From: an uncultured Solirubrobacteraceae bacterium
GTDB lineage: Bacteria; Actinomycetota; Thermoleophilia; Solirubrobacterales; Solirubrobacteraceae
Direction of reading: 5' to 3'
DNA length: 64,000 bases
NCBI GenBank assembly: GCA_964588985.1
Contig: CAZPQW010000002.1
Coordinates: 128,001 to 192,000, forward strand
Shown here: piece after piece, positions 1 through 9,013 of the stretch
Position numbering within the stretch: the first letter of the stretch is position 1
Layout: every line of letters begins with the position of its first letter
Notes under the pieces: model-generated
Seen by the model: only the letters and a program-made list of their open reading frames with translations
Told to the model about the DNA's origin: nothing
The model's database searches: none
Made by a program: the position numbers and the translations under genes

Positions 1-1794
1 CAGGAGCCCGACCGCTCGCGCGTGCGTGAGTTCTTCCGCGAGTACGAGTTGCGCGACCCGCTGCGGCGGCTGGAGGAGGCGCTCGGCGACCCCGAGGTGG
101 CGGCGCCCGTGCCGGCCGCGCAGGTGACGCTCAAGGCGCGGGTCAGAGCCGGAGCGCCGAAGGACATCGCGCGTCTCGGCGCCGCGACCGGCGAGCTGTG
201 CGTGGTGGTCCGCGCGAGCGAGGCCCCCGAGGGCGAGCTGTTCGCCGACGGGCCAGCGTGGCGCTTCGCGGCGGCGGCCGAGGGGGAGGTGCTGGTGGGG
301 GAGTGCGCCGGTCCGGAGGAGGTCGTCGCGGCGTGCGGCGATCGTCCCGTTGTCGCACACGACGCGAAGGCGCTTCGCACGGTCCCGCCGTCGCTTGCGC
401 ACGACACGCTGCTGGGCGCCTACCTGCTCGAGCCCGCCAGACGTGGCTACCCGTTCGCGGAGCTGTGCGAGGAGCGCGGCATGGTCAGCGACGAGAAGGA
501 CCCGGTCGCGGCCGAGGCGATCCTGCTGGGGGCGCTCGCGACGTGGCAGCGCGAGCAGATCGCCGAGCGGGGCCTGGAGCCGCTGATGCGCGAGATCGAG
601 CTGCCGCTTGTGGCGGTGCTGCGCGAGATGGAGCTGCTCGGGGTGCGGCTCAACGTCGAGCGGCTCGGGGAGATCACCGGGCGCGTGCGCACGGAGATCG
701 ACGGCCTCGAACGCGACATCTTCAAGCTGGCCGAAACGGAGTTCCTGATCTCCTCGCCCCAGCAGCTCGGGGAGATCCTGTTCGAGAAGCTCGGCCTGTC
801 GCGCAAGCGCCGCGGCAAGACCGGCTTCTCCACCGACGCGCGCGTGCTGCAGGCGATCCGCTCAGAGCACGAGATCGTGCCGAAGATCGAGCGCTGGCGC
901 GAGCTCTCCACGCTGATCAAGACCTACCTCGACGTGCTGCCCCAGCTCGTGGACGAGCGCTCGCGCATCCACACCACGTTCCTGCAGGCGGTCGCGCAGA
1001 CCGGGCGCCTGTCGAGCACCAACCCCAACATGCAGAACGTCCCCATCCGCACTCCACTCGGACGCGAGATCCGCGGCTGCTTCGAGGCCGAGGAGGGGAT
1101 GTCGCTGATCTCCGCCGACTACTCGCAGATCGAGCTGCGCGTGCTCGCGCACGCGGCCGGCGAGGACGTGCTGATGGAGATCTTCGCCCGCGGCGAGGAC
1201 GTGCACACGGCGACAGCGTCGCGCGTGTTCGGTGTGGAGGCGAAGGACATCGACCCGGGGATGCGCTCGAAGGCGAAGATGATCAACTACGGGATCGTCT
1301 ACGGCCTCTCCGACTTCGGCCTCGCCGATCGCCTGAACATCCCGCGCGCGGAGGCGAAGGAGTTCATCGACGCCTACCTCGAGCGCTTCCCCGCGGTCGC
1401 GCGCTTCATGGCGGAGACGATCGAGCGCGCGAAGGAGACCGGCGACGTGACGACGCTGTGGGGCCGCCGGCGCCAGATCCCCGAGATCCGAGCCCGCAAC
1501 TATCAGGTGCGCACACTCGGCGAGCGCCTCGCTGTGAACACCGTCATCCAGGGCACCGCCGCGGACATCATCAAGCTCGCGATGGTCAACTGCCACCGCG
1601 CGCTCGCGGAGTCGACGCTTCAGACGAAGCTGCTGCTGACGATTCACGACGAGCTGCTGTTCGAAGGCCCGCCGGAGGAGACGGACGCCGCACGCGAGCT
1701 GATCGAGCGCGAGATGTGCGGCGTGTGGGGGGATCGCGAGCCGCCGATGGCTGTCGACATCGGCGCGGGGCGTACCTGGCTGGAGGCGAAGTGA
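1..1794 (+). CDS. polA: DNA polymerase I, 5' part outside the window
   Basis: Family A motifs TGRLSS..PNMQN, DYSQIELR, KMINYGIVYG and IHDELL. The frame is open to the window edge. Confidence 0.97.
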   Translation, partial: QEPDRSRVREFFREYELRDPLRRLEEALGDPEVAAPVPAAQVTLKARVRAGAPKDIARLGAATGELCVVVRASEAPEGELFADGPAWRFAAAAEGEVLVGECAGPEEVVAACGDRPVVAHDAKALRTVPPSLAHDTLLGAYLLEPARRGYPFAELCEERGMVSDEKDPVAAEAILLGALATWQREQIAERGLEPLMREIELPLVAVLREMELLGVRLNVERLGEITGRVRTEIDGLERDIFKLAETEFLISSPQQLGEILFEKLGLSRKRRGKTGFSTDARVLQAIRSEHEIVPKIERWRELSTLIKTYLDVLPQLVDERSRIHTTFLQAVAQTGRLSSTNPNMQNVPIRTPLGREIRGCFEAEEGMSLISADYSQIELRVLAHAAGEDVLMEIFARGEDVHTATASRVFGVEAKDIDPGMRSKAKMINYGIVYGLSDFGLADRLNIPRAEAKEFIDAYLERFPAVARFMAETIERAKETGDVTTLWGRRRQIPEIRARNYQVRTLGERLAVNTVIQGTAADIIKLAMVNCHRALAESTLQTKLLLTIHDELLFEGPPEETDAARELIEREMCGVWGDREPPMAVDIGAGRTWLEAK

Positions 1795-2234
1795 GCCGCG
1801 GTCTGGCTGTGCTGCTGGCGGTCGCCGCGGGCGGCTTCGTCGGGATGCAGGCGCCGATCAACGCGCGCCTCGGCCGTCAGATCGGCAGCCTGCAGGCGGC
1901 CACCGTGTCGTTCCTCGTGGGCCTCGTCGCGCTGCTGCTGGTCGCGGGGATCTCAAGCGGCGGGCTGGGGAGCATCGCCCACGCTCCACGGGCGCCGTGG
2001 TGGGCGCTGATCGGCGGGCTGCTCGGCGCGTTCTTCGTCGTCGTAGCGCTGCTCACCGTGCGCACGCTCGGAGCGAGCGGCCTCACCGCGATCGTCGTCG
2101 CCGGTCAGCTCGCCGTGGCCGTCGCGATCGACCGCTTCGGCCTGTTCGGCATCGCCAAGCAGCACATCGCCGCGCCGCGGGCGATCGGGTTGGTGCTGCT
2201 GTTGGTGGGGGTTGTGCTGGTGGTGCGCAAATGA
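1791..2234 (+). CDS. DMT family (YdcZ-like) membrane transporter
   Basis: GTG overlaps the polA stop. Hydrophobic 147 aa protein with Q.PINARL, PWWALIGGLLGA and GQL..AVAIDRFG. Confidence 0.85.
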   Translation: MSRGLAVLLAVAAGGFVGMQAPINARLGRQIGSLQAATVSFLVGLVALLLVAGISSGGLGSIAHAPRAPWWALIGGLLGAFFVVVALLTVRTLGASGLTAIVVAGQLAVAVAIDRFGLFGIAKQHIAAPRAIGLVLLLVGVVLVVRK

Positions 2235-2258
2235 CGATGAGCGGGACCTCGACGACGG

Positions 2259-3710
2259 TCAGCTGATCGGCTCGGTCCGTGTGGAGAACCCGTTCCAAGA
2301 CGCGTCGTAGAGCGCCTCGCCGAGCAGGTGGATGCCTTGATCGATGGCGGGCTCGGACAGGTTGCCGTGGCCGAGCAGCAGCCCCGGAGGGCCGCCGGGC
2401 GTGAAACGGTGCCAGGAGAGCCCCTCCATTCCCACGCCTCGCGCCGCCGCGGCCCGCAGGAGCGCCGCCTCGTCCACCTCATCGGGCAGCTCGACGAGCT
2501 CGAACAGCCCAGCGGCTCCGTGGCTGCTCACGCGTCCCTGCGGCAGCCAGCGCGCGAGCGACTCCAGCAGCGCCTCGCGCCGACGCTGATAGCGCAGGCG
2601 CATGCGCCGCAGATGGCGGTCGAGCTCGCCACGGCGGATGAAGTCGCTCAGGGCGAGCTGCCCGATTGTCTCCGAGCCGCCATCCTCGACGGCCTTGGCA
2701 GCCGTCAGCTCCCAGGCGAGCCACGAGGGCATCAACGTCCAGCCCAGACGCATGCCGGGCGCCAGGCGCTTGCTCGCTGAGCCGATGTAGACGACGTGCT
2801 CGGGGGCCAGCCCCTGCAGAGCGCCCACGGCCACGCGGTCGTAGCGGTACTCGGCGTCATAGTCGTCCTCGACTATCAGCCGCTCGTCCTCGGACCACTC
2901 GATCAGCGCCGCCCGCCGCTCCGGCGCAAGCACCGCGCCGGTGGGGAACTGATGAGCGGACGTGACGAGCACCGCGGCCGCGTCTGTCCGAGCGAGCACG
3001 TCGACGCGTAGGCCGTCCGCGTCGACTGGGATCGGCACGACCTCCATGCCCGCGTTCTCGATGATCAAGCGGTGCGTGTGCCAGCCGGGGTCCTCGAGCG
3101 CGAAGCGCTCCACGCCGCGGCCGCGCAGGGTACGGCAGAGCAGCGAGAAGGCCTGCATGAAGCCGGTGCATACGAGCGTGTGCTCGGGATCTGCATCGAC
3201 GCCGCGCACGCGCCCGAGATATCCGGCGAGCGCTTCACGCAGCTCGGGCACCCCTCGTGGGTCGCCGTAGCCGACGCCCGCCAACGGCGCGTCGCGCAGC
3301 GCGGCGCGCAGCGAGCGCAGCCATGCCTCGCGCGGGAAACGGGAGAGGTCGGGAAGGCCGGGGTGGAAGTGATAGGGGAAGCTCTCCAGCAGCGACCGGG
3401 CCGGCGCGCGCGGGCTGGCGGTCCGAACGGCTCTGGCGACACGCACGGGAGCCCCCTGGCTCGTCGCCAGATAGCCCTCCGCGGCAAGCTGACCGTAGGC
3501 CTCGGTGACGACGCCGCGGGAGACGCCCAGTTCCTGCGCGAGCACACGCGTCGAGGGCAACCGCGTGTCGCTTCGCAGCGCTCCCGAGCGGATCCGCTCG
3601 CGCAGCGCGCGCTCGATCTGCTCGTGCAGCGGCAGATCGCCGCCGCGGTCGAGTTCGACGAGCAGTCCCGGTGCGCGCCGCCGGCCAACTGGTCCTGTCG
3701 GATCGTTCAT
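2259..3710 (-). CDS. MocR/GabR family regulator (GntR wHTH + PLP aminotransferase-like domain)
   Basis: LPSTRVLAQELGVSRGVVTEAYGQL HTH, then HQFPTG, EDDYDAEYRY and SASKRLAPGMRLGW. Start is uncertain. Confidence 0.92.
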   Translation of the reverse strand: MNDPTGPVGRRRAPGLLVELDRGGDLPLHEQIERALRERIRSGALRSDTRLPSTRVLAQELGVSRGVVTEAYGQLAAEGYLATSQGAPVRVARAVRTASPRAPARSLLESFPYHFHPGLPDLSRFPREAWLRSLRAALRDAPLAGVGYGDPRGVPELREALAGYLGRVRGVDADPEHTLVCTGFMQAFSLLCRTLRGRGVERFALEDPGWHTHRLIIENAGMEVVPIPVDADGLRVDVLARTDAAAVLVTSAHQFPTGAVLAPERRAALIEWSEDERLIVEDDYDAEYRYDRVAVGALQGLAPEHVVYIGSASKRLAPGMRLGWTLMPSWLAWELTAAKAVEDGGSETIGQLALSDFIRRGELDRHLRRMRLRYQRRREALLESLARWLPQGRVSSHGAAGLFELVELPDEVDEAALLRAAAARGVGMEGLSWHRFTPGGPPGLLLGHGNLSEPAIDQGIHLLGEALYDASWNGFSTRTEPIS

Positions 3711-3812
3711 GACTGGAACTGTAAAGCAGGCCAGTCTGGGTTTACCTTGCAGAACATCGAGCATCCCTCTGACCGGCGCGACAGTCGCCGGCTTCCCCAA
3801 GGAGGCTTCGCC

Positions 3813-5000
3813 ATGAGCCACGGCAATGGCAGTGCAACAAAGGGCATCACGATCGTAGGCGCGGGCATAGCGGGACTCACCGCCGCGATCACGTGCGCCG
3901 AAGAGGGGGCTCGCGTGAGCCTGATCGAGGCGCACAGCCAGCTCGGCGGGCGAGCCCGCAGCACCGATGGTCCCTACAAGGCGAACCTAGGGCCGCACGC
4001 GGTGTACGACGGGCCGTTCTGGCGATGGATGCGCGAGCGCGACATCCTCCCCGAACATGTCACCCCACGGCTCACCGGGGTGCGGCTGCGGATCGACGGA
4101 AGCCTGCGCCGCACGCCGCCGCTGGCCGCGCTGCCGAAGGTGTTGCGCCTTCGCGGCCGTGAAGCGCCCGTCGATGTCGACTTCCGCACATGGGCGGCGA
4201 GCCACACCGACGAGCGCACCGCCGAGATGCTCTCCTCGGCGTGCGGCGTATACACCTTCCATCACGATCCCGGCGAGCTCTCGGCCGCGTTCGTCTGGCC
4301 GCACGCCGTGCGGCTGCTGATGAGCGTTCCGACGATCGTGCGCTATCCCGTCGGCGGCTGGAGCGCGCTCGTAGCTTCGCTCGAGCGGCGGGTGCGCGAG
4401 CTCGGAGTCGACGTGCAGACGGGGACCCGTCTACTGGAGTTGCCCGACTCGCCGACGGTCCTCGCGACCGAGCTGGACCACGCGCGCGAGCTGCTCGGCG
4501 ACGACGGTCTCAGCTGGAAGAGCGGCAACACGCTCTGTCTCGATATCGGGCTGCGTCAGCGCAGGGGCGACCCCTCGATCGTCTCAGACATGGATGAGTC
4601 GGGTTGGATCGGGCGCTACTCGACCTTCAACCCGTCGATCTCGCCCGACGGCGAGGATCTCGTCCAGGCACAGATGCCGATTCGTCCGCAGGAGAGCGCG
4701 GATCAGGCGGCGCTGCGCTTGGAGCGTCTGCTCGACGTCGGCCTGGTGGACTGGCGCGAGCGCGAGACCTGGCGCCGTCGGCAGGTGATGGACGCGCGCA
4801 GTGGTGCGCTCGACATGCCCGGCAAGACGTGGCGCGACCGGCCTGCGGTAGACCGCGGCGACGGCGTGTTTCTGGCCGGGGACATGGTCGCGGCGCCCGG
4901 TCTGCTGGCGGAGGTCTCGTGGGCGAGCGCGATCGAGGCGAGCCGTCTCGCGCTCGCGGCGCTCGAGACGAACCGGCCGAGCCTGCGCAGGGTCGCCTGA
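3813..5000 (+). CDS. FAD-dependent oxidoreductase
   Basis: AAGGAGG RBS. N-terminal GAGIAGL...E...GGRA Rossmann motif and C-terminal LAGD. Confidence 0.85.
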   Translation: MSHGNGSATKGITIVGAGIAGLTAAITCAEEGARVSLIEAHSQLGGRARSTDGPYKANLGPHAVYDGPFWRWMRERDILPEHVTPRLTGVRLRIDGSLRRTPPLAALPKVLRLRGREAPVDVDFRTWAASHTDERTAEMLSSACGVYTFHHDPGELSAAFVWPHAVRLLMSVPTIVRYPVGGWSALVASLERRVRELGVDVQTGTRLLELPDSPTVLATELDHARELLGDDGLSWKSGNTLCLDIGLRQRRGDPSIVSDMDESGWIGRYSTFNPSISPDGEDLVQAQMPIRPQESADQAALRLERLLDVGLVDWRERETWRRRQVMDARSGALDMPGKTWRDRPAVDRGDGVFLAGDMVAAPGLLAEVSWASAIEASRLALAALETNRPSLRRVA

Positions 5001-5029
5001 GCGAGAGTGAGGAGAGGGCCGCGGTCCGC

Positions 5030-6178
5030 TCAGTGGGCCGCGGCCGGCTCCAGCGTGACACGAGGTCTGCGCGGCGTGGCGCCCACGAACGAAGGCGGCG
5101 CGATGTCGAGGTAGTGGCTGAAGCTCCACGCCGCGATGCGCCGGTTCTCGACCGCCGCCACCGCCGCTGTGACCGCTCTGCTCGGCGTCATCTGCCCGAC
5201 CGCGCGCTGCACGTTCAACAGCCAGCGGTATTTGCGCTCGTGCGCCGCCGAGAACGCACCGTAGCGGGCGAGCGCCTGCTGGCGGGTCTGGCGCCCAGCG
5301 ACGATGTCGCTCAGCTCGCGCCCGCAGGCGAGGCCGAAGTACAGCGCGGTGCGAATGCCCTCCGCGGTCAGTGGGAGACAGTGCCCGGCCGAGTCGCCCG
5401 CGAAGAACACCTCGTCCTCGACCGCGTCGCGCAGCTGGTGGGGAATCCAGTTGCCCTGGTAGCCCTCGGGCGGCAGGCCGAGGTCGCGCGCGAGCCTCAC
5501 GGTGGGCTCCTTGACGTGGTGCGAGGGCCAGAACGAGCCGACTCCCACACGCAGCTCGTCATCAGCGGGGAAGCTCCAGCCGTAGCCCGCGCGGACGTAG
5601 CTCGCGTCGATCCACAGCTCCAGGTCCGGTCCGCTGCCCGGCGGGTGGACCTCCAGGCCGCGCGACAGGCGCGCGTTCGGCGGCTGGATCGGCGTGGCGT
5701 TGGACAGCACGCGCCGCCAGCCGAGCGCGTCCACGATCAAAGGCGCGCTCAGCTCGCCCCGGTCGGTCTGCACGACGAAACCCGACCGTCCGCTGACCGT
5801 CGCGGTCTCGAACTCCACGTCCGGCGAATCCGACTGCCCCCACAGCAGCGCGCACAGCTCGCGGTAGTCGAACGTCGAGAACGACCACGGCAGCTGCCAG
5901 CGCGACGTGCGAAACGGCGTGTGCACCACGATCTCGTCGAAGCTCTGGCGCAGCGAGCCCATCAGGTCGAGTGCTTCGAGCCACAACGTGGGCATCGCGC
6001 ACGCCGACGTCTGGCGCTCGCCGATCTCGTAGCGGTCGATCACGAGCACCTTCGCGCCCGTCCGCGCAAGCTCGCGTGCAACCGCCAGACCCGCAAAGCT
6101 GGAGCCACATACGAGCACGTCGCAGTCGCGTTCCAAGCGGGTACGGGCCGCTCCCCGCTTCGTCGCTCGAACAGGCAT
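5030..6178 (-). CDS. NAD(P)/FAD-dependent oxidoreductase (geranylgeranyl reductase-like)
   Basis: DVLVCGSSFAGL, GYGWSFP and AGDSAGHCLPLTAEGI motifs. Confidence 0.85.
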   Translation of the reverse strand: MPVRATKRGAARTRLERDCDVLVCGSSFAGLAVARELARTGAKVLVIDRYEIGERQTSACAMPTLWLEALDLMGSLRQSFDEIVVHTPFRTSRWQLPWSFSTFDYRELCALLWGQSDSPDVEFETATVSGRSGFVVQTDRGELSAPLIVDALGWRRVLSNATPIQPPNARLSRGLEVHPPGSGPDLELWIDASYVRAGYGWSFPADDELRVGVGSFWPSHHVKEPTVRLARDLGLPPEGYQGNWIPHQLRDAVEDEVFFAGDSAGHCLPLTAEGIRTALYFGLACGRELSDIVAGRQTRQQALARYGAFSAAHERKYRWLLNVQRAVGQMTPSRAVTAAVAAVENRRIAAWSFSHYLDIAPPSFVGATPRRPRVTLEPAAAH

Positions 6179-6216
6179 GTCGCCGGCAATGATACGGCTG
6201 CGCTACGCTTCGCCCG

Positions 6217-7716
6217 GTGCAAACGCTGATGGAGAACCCCCAGGCCCGCGTGGTCGATGGGTCAAACGGACTTCTGCTCGAAATCGACGGGCAGATCGTG
6301 CCCAACTACGACGCCACGTTCCGGGCGATCGAGGAGGGCGAGGTCGTAACCGGCCACGTCGTCCGGATCGACAAGGACGAGGTCCTCGTGGACATCGGCT
6401 ACAAGTCCGAGGGCGTCATCCCCGCGAACGAGCTCTCGATTCGCAAGTCGGTCGACCCGAACGAGGAGGTTCACCTCGGCGAGGAGGTCGACGCGATCGT
6501 CATGACCAAGGAGGACCAGGACGGTCGCCTGATCATGTCGAAGAAGCGCGCCCGCTTCGAGAAGGCCTGGCGCCGCATCGAAACCGCCGCCGAGTCCGGC
6601 GAGCCGGTCGAGGGAACGGTCATCGAGGTCGTCAAGGGCGGCCTGATCATCGACCTCGGCGTGCGCGGCTTCCTGCCCGCGTCGCTCGTCGACATCCGCC
6701 GCGTGCCGAACCTCGACGAATACATGGGCACGAAGATCGAGACCAAGGTGATCGAGCTCAACCGCTCGCGCAACAACGTGGTCCTCTCGCGCCGCGCGGT
6801 CCTCGAGGAGGAGCGCAAGGAGGTTCGCCAGCAGATCCTCGACCGCCTGCAGCCGGGCCTCGTCGTGGAGGGGCAGATCTCCAACATCGTGGACTTCGGC
6901 GCGTTCGTCGACCTCGACGGCATCGACGGGCTGATCCACATCTCCGAGCTTTCCTGGTCGCACGTGAACCATCCGAGCGAGATCCTCAACATCGGCGACA
7001 CCGTCAAGGTGAAGGTGCTCGACATCGACCGCGACCGCCAGCGCATCTCGCTGGGTCTCAAGCAGACCCAGGAGGACCCGTGGCAGCGGATCGTCGACAC
7101 GTACAACGTCGGCGACGAGCTCGCCGGCAAGGTCACCAAGGTCGTCACGTTCGGCGCGTTCGTCGAGATCCTCGACGGCGTCGAGGGACTCGTGCACATC
7201 TCAGAGCTTGCCCCGCACCACGTCGAGAGCCCGCGCGAGATCGTCCACCCGGGCGACGAGATCCGCGTGAAGATCCTCGAGATCGACTCCGAGCGCCGGC
7301 GCCTGTCGCTGTCGGCCAAGCGGGTCGAGGACCAGCTGCTGCCGGTGTCCCGTCCCGGCGAACCCGCGCCCGAGCCGGTCGAGCTGGACGACGAGACCGC
7401 GCTCGCCCACGACGCCGAGGTCGACGCGCAGGCCCCCGAGACTGTCGTCGAGGCCGGAGTGGTCGAGGCCGAGGTCGCCGAGGCGCCCAGCGAGCCCGAG
7501 ATCGCCGACGCGCCCACCGAGGCCGAGGTCGCCGAGGCACCCGAGGCCGCGGTGGAGCTGGAGCAGGCCCCGGAGGCAGCCGTGGAGGCTGTGGCCGAGA
7601 CGCCTGACCCTGAGCTCGCCACCGCCGAGGACACCGCGGCCGCGGCTCCGGAGCAGGGCGAGACGACGGCCGAGCCCGAGCTCGCCGCAGACGCAGAGCC
7701 CGCCCAGCAGGACTGA
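6217..7716 (+). CDS. rpsA: 30S ribosomal protein S1 (four S1 domains plus acidic Ala/Glu/Pro tail)
   Basis: Repeated S1 motifs (DIGYKSEG, GFLPAS, FGAFVDLDGIDGLIHISEL, FGAFVEILDGVEGLVHISEL). Confidence 0.97.
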   Translation: MQTLMENPQARVVDGSNGLLLEIDGQIVPNYDATFRAIEEGEVVTGHVVRIDKDEVLVDIGYKSEGVIPANELSIRKSVDPNEEVHLGEEVDAIVMTKEDQDGRLIMSKKRARFEKAWRRIETAAESGEPVEGTVIEVVKGGLIIDLGVRGFLPASLVDIRRVPNLDEYMGTKIETKVIELNRSRNNVVLSRRAVLEEERKEVRQQILDRLQPGLVVEGQISNIVDFGAFVDLDGIDGLIHISELSWSHVNHPSEILNIGDTVKVKVLDIDRDRQRISLGLKQTQEDPWQRIVDTYNVGDELAGKVTKVVTFGAFVEILDGVEGLVHISELAPHHVESPREIVHPGDEIRVKILEIDSERRRLSLSAKRVEDQLLPVSRPGEPAPEPVELDDETALAHDAEVDAQAPETVVEAGVVEAEVAEAPSEPEIADAPTEAEVAEAPEAAVELEQAPEAAVEAVAETPDPELATAEDTAAAAPEQGETTAEPELAADAEPAQQD

Positions 7717-7735
7717 CCCGCCAGAGCGGGTTTCT
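7716..7735 (+). terminator. Weak hairpin/terminator after rpsA
   Basis: ACCCGC-CAGA-GCGGGT followed by TTCT. Confidence 0.35.
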
Positions 7736-7741
7736 GCGACG

Positions 7742-8338
7742 GTGCGATCTGCCGTTCCCTTCGTCGGGCTTACCGGTGGCCTGGGGTCGGGCAAGTCGAC
7801 TGCGCTGAAGGCGCTCGAGCGGCTGGGAGCGTCGGTGCTCTCCTCGGACGCTGTCGTCCACGAGCTCTACGAAGGTGACGAGCTGCGCGACGCCGTGGTC
7901 GGGCGCTTCGGCCTGGAGGTCGCGCCCGGCGGTGTGGTCGATCGCTCGGCGGTGGCGCAGCGGGCGTTCGCCGACCCGCAGGACCGGCAGTGGCTCGAGG
8001 GCGTCGTGTGGCCGATGGTCGGCGCACGCGTCGCCGGCTGGCTCGAGCACGCCCGTACGCAGGAGCCGGCCCCGCGGGCCGCCGTGGTGGAGGTTCCGCT
8101 GCTGTTCGAGGCGGGCCTCGAGGCCGCTTACGACGCGACGATCGCCGTGATCGCGGAGGAGGCGGTGCGCGCTGGGCGTGCCGCCGCACGGGGGCACGCG
8201 TCGGTGGACGAGCGCGCCGCGCGCCAGCTCTCCCAGGAGGAGAAGGCGAGCCGGGCGACGTTCGTCATCCACAACGACGGCACGGAGGAGGATCTCCAGC
8301 GCGAGCTGTCATCGGTGCTTGACAAGCTGGGGCGATGA
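7742..8338 (+). CDS. coaE: Dephospho-CoA kinase
   Basis: GLTGGLGSGKST P-loop and VEVPLLFE; follows rpsA. Confidence 0.95.
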   Translation: MRSAVPFVGLTGGLGSGKSTALKALERLGASVLSSDAVVHELYEGDELRDAVVGRFGLEVAPGGVVDRSAVAQRAFADPQDRQWLEGVVWPMVGARVAGWLEHARTQEPAPRAAVVEVPLLFEAGLEAAYDATIAVIAEEAVRAGRAAARGHASVDERAARQLSQEEKASRATFVIHNDGTEEDLQRELSSVLDKLGR

Positions 8339-8913
8339 GCCAACGCGGCCTCGGCACCTGGCTGGTCATCATCGTCGCGCTCGCCGCCGGCGTGTTCGTG
8401 CTCTCCGGCCTGCACAAGGCCACCAGCAGCGTCGTGCTGCCGCTCAGCGACGCGAGCATCATCCGCGAGCAGGCCGCCGAAAAGCACCTCGACCCGACGC
8501 TGATCGCGGCGGTCATCTACGCGGAGTCGAAATTCGAACCGCGTCCGTCGGCGGCGGGCGCGCAGGGGCTCATGCAGATCCTGCCCGCCACCGCGTACTA
8601 CCTCGCCCACCTCTCCGGCGGCAGTCGCTTCACCGCCAGCGACCTCGCCACCCCGAAAGTGAACCTCGCGTACGGCAGCTACTACCTGCGCTACCTGCTC
8701 GACCACTACAACGGCAACGAGACGCTCGCCGTGGCCGCCTACAACGCCGGCCTCACCAACGTCGACAGGTGGGTCGCGCACGCGCGCGCCGAAGGCGAAC
8801 ACCTCACCGTGGAAGCGATCCCGTTCCCCGAGACGCGCGAATACGTGCGCCGCGTGCTCGCCGCGCAGCAGGAATACCGCACGACCTATCCGCGGGCGCT
8901 GGGGTTGGAGTAG
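8335..8913 (+). CDS. Lytic transglycosylase (SLT domain)
   Basis: N-terminal TM, then ES, GLMQ, AYNAG and PFPETREYV. Confidence 0.92.
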   Translation: MSQRGLGTWLVIIVALAAGVFVLSGLHKATSSVVLPLSDASIIREQAAEKHLDPTLIAAVIYAESKFEPRPSAAGAQGLMQILPATAYYLAHLSGGSRFTASDLATPKVNLAYGSYYLRYLLDHYNGNETLAVAAYNAGLTNVDRWVAHARAEGEHLTVEAIPFPETREYVRRVLAAQQEYRTTYPRALGLE

Positions 8914-9013
8914 GGGCGGATCCGGCAGTGCCCGGCTGCCACGAGCGGATCGTCCGATCGATGGAACTGGTCGGCTCTGGCGTCAGCACGCTGCCGGCGC
9001 TACGATCTCGCGT

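Noticed and set aside
7440-7716. Repeated GAGGCCGAGGTCGCCGAGGC segments in the rpsA 3' end
   Set aside because: They encode the low-complexity acidic tail (EAEVAEAP) and are not a separate repeat element.
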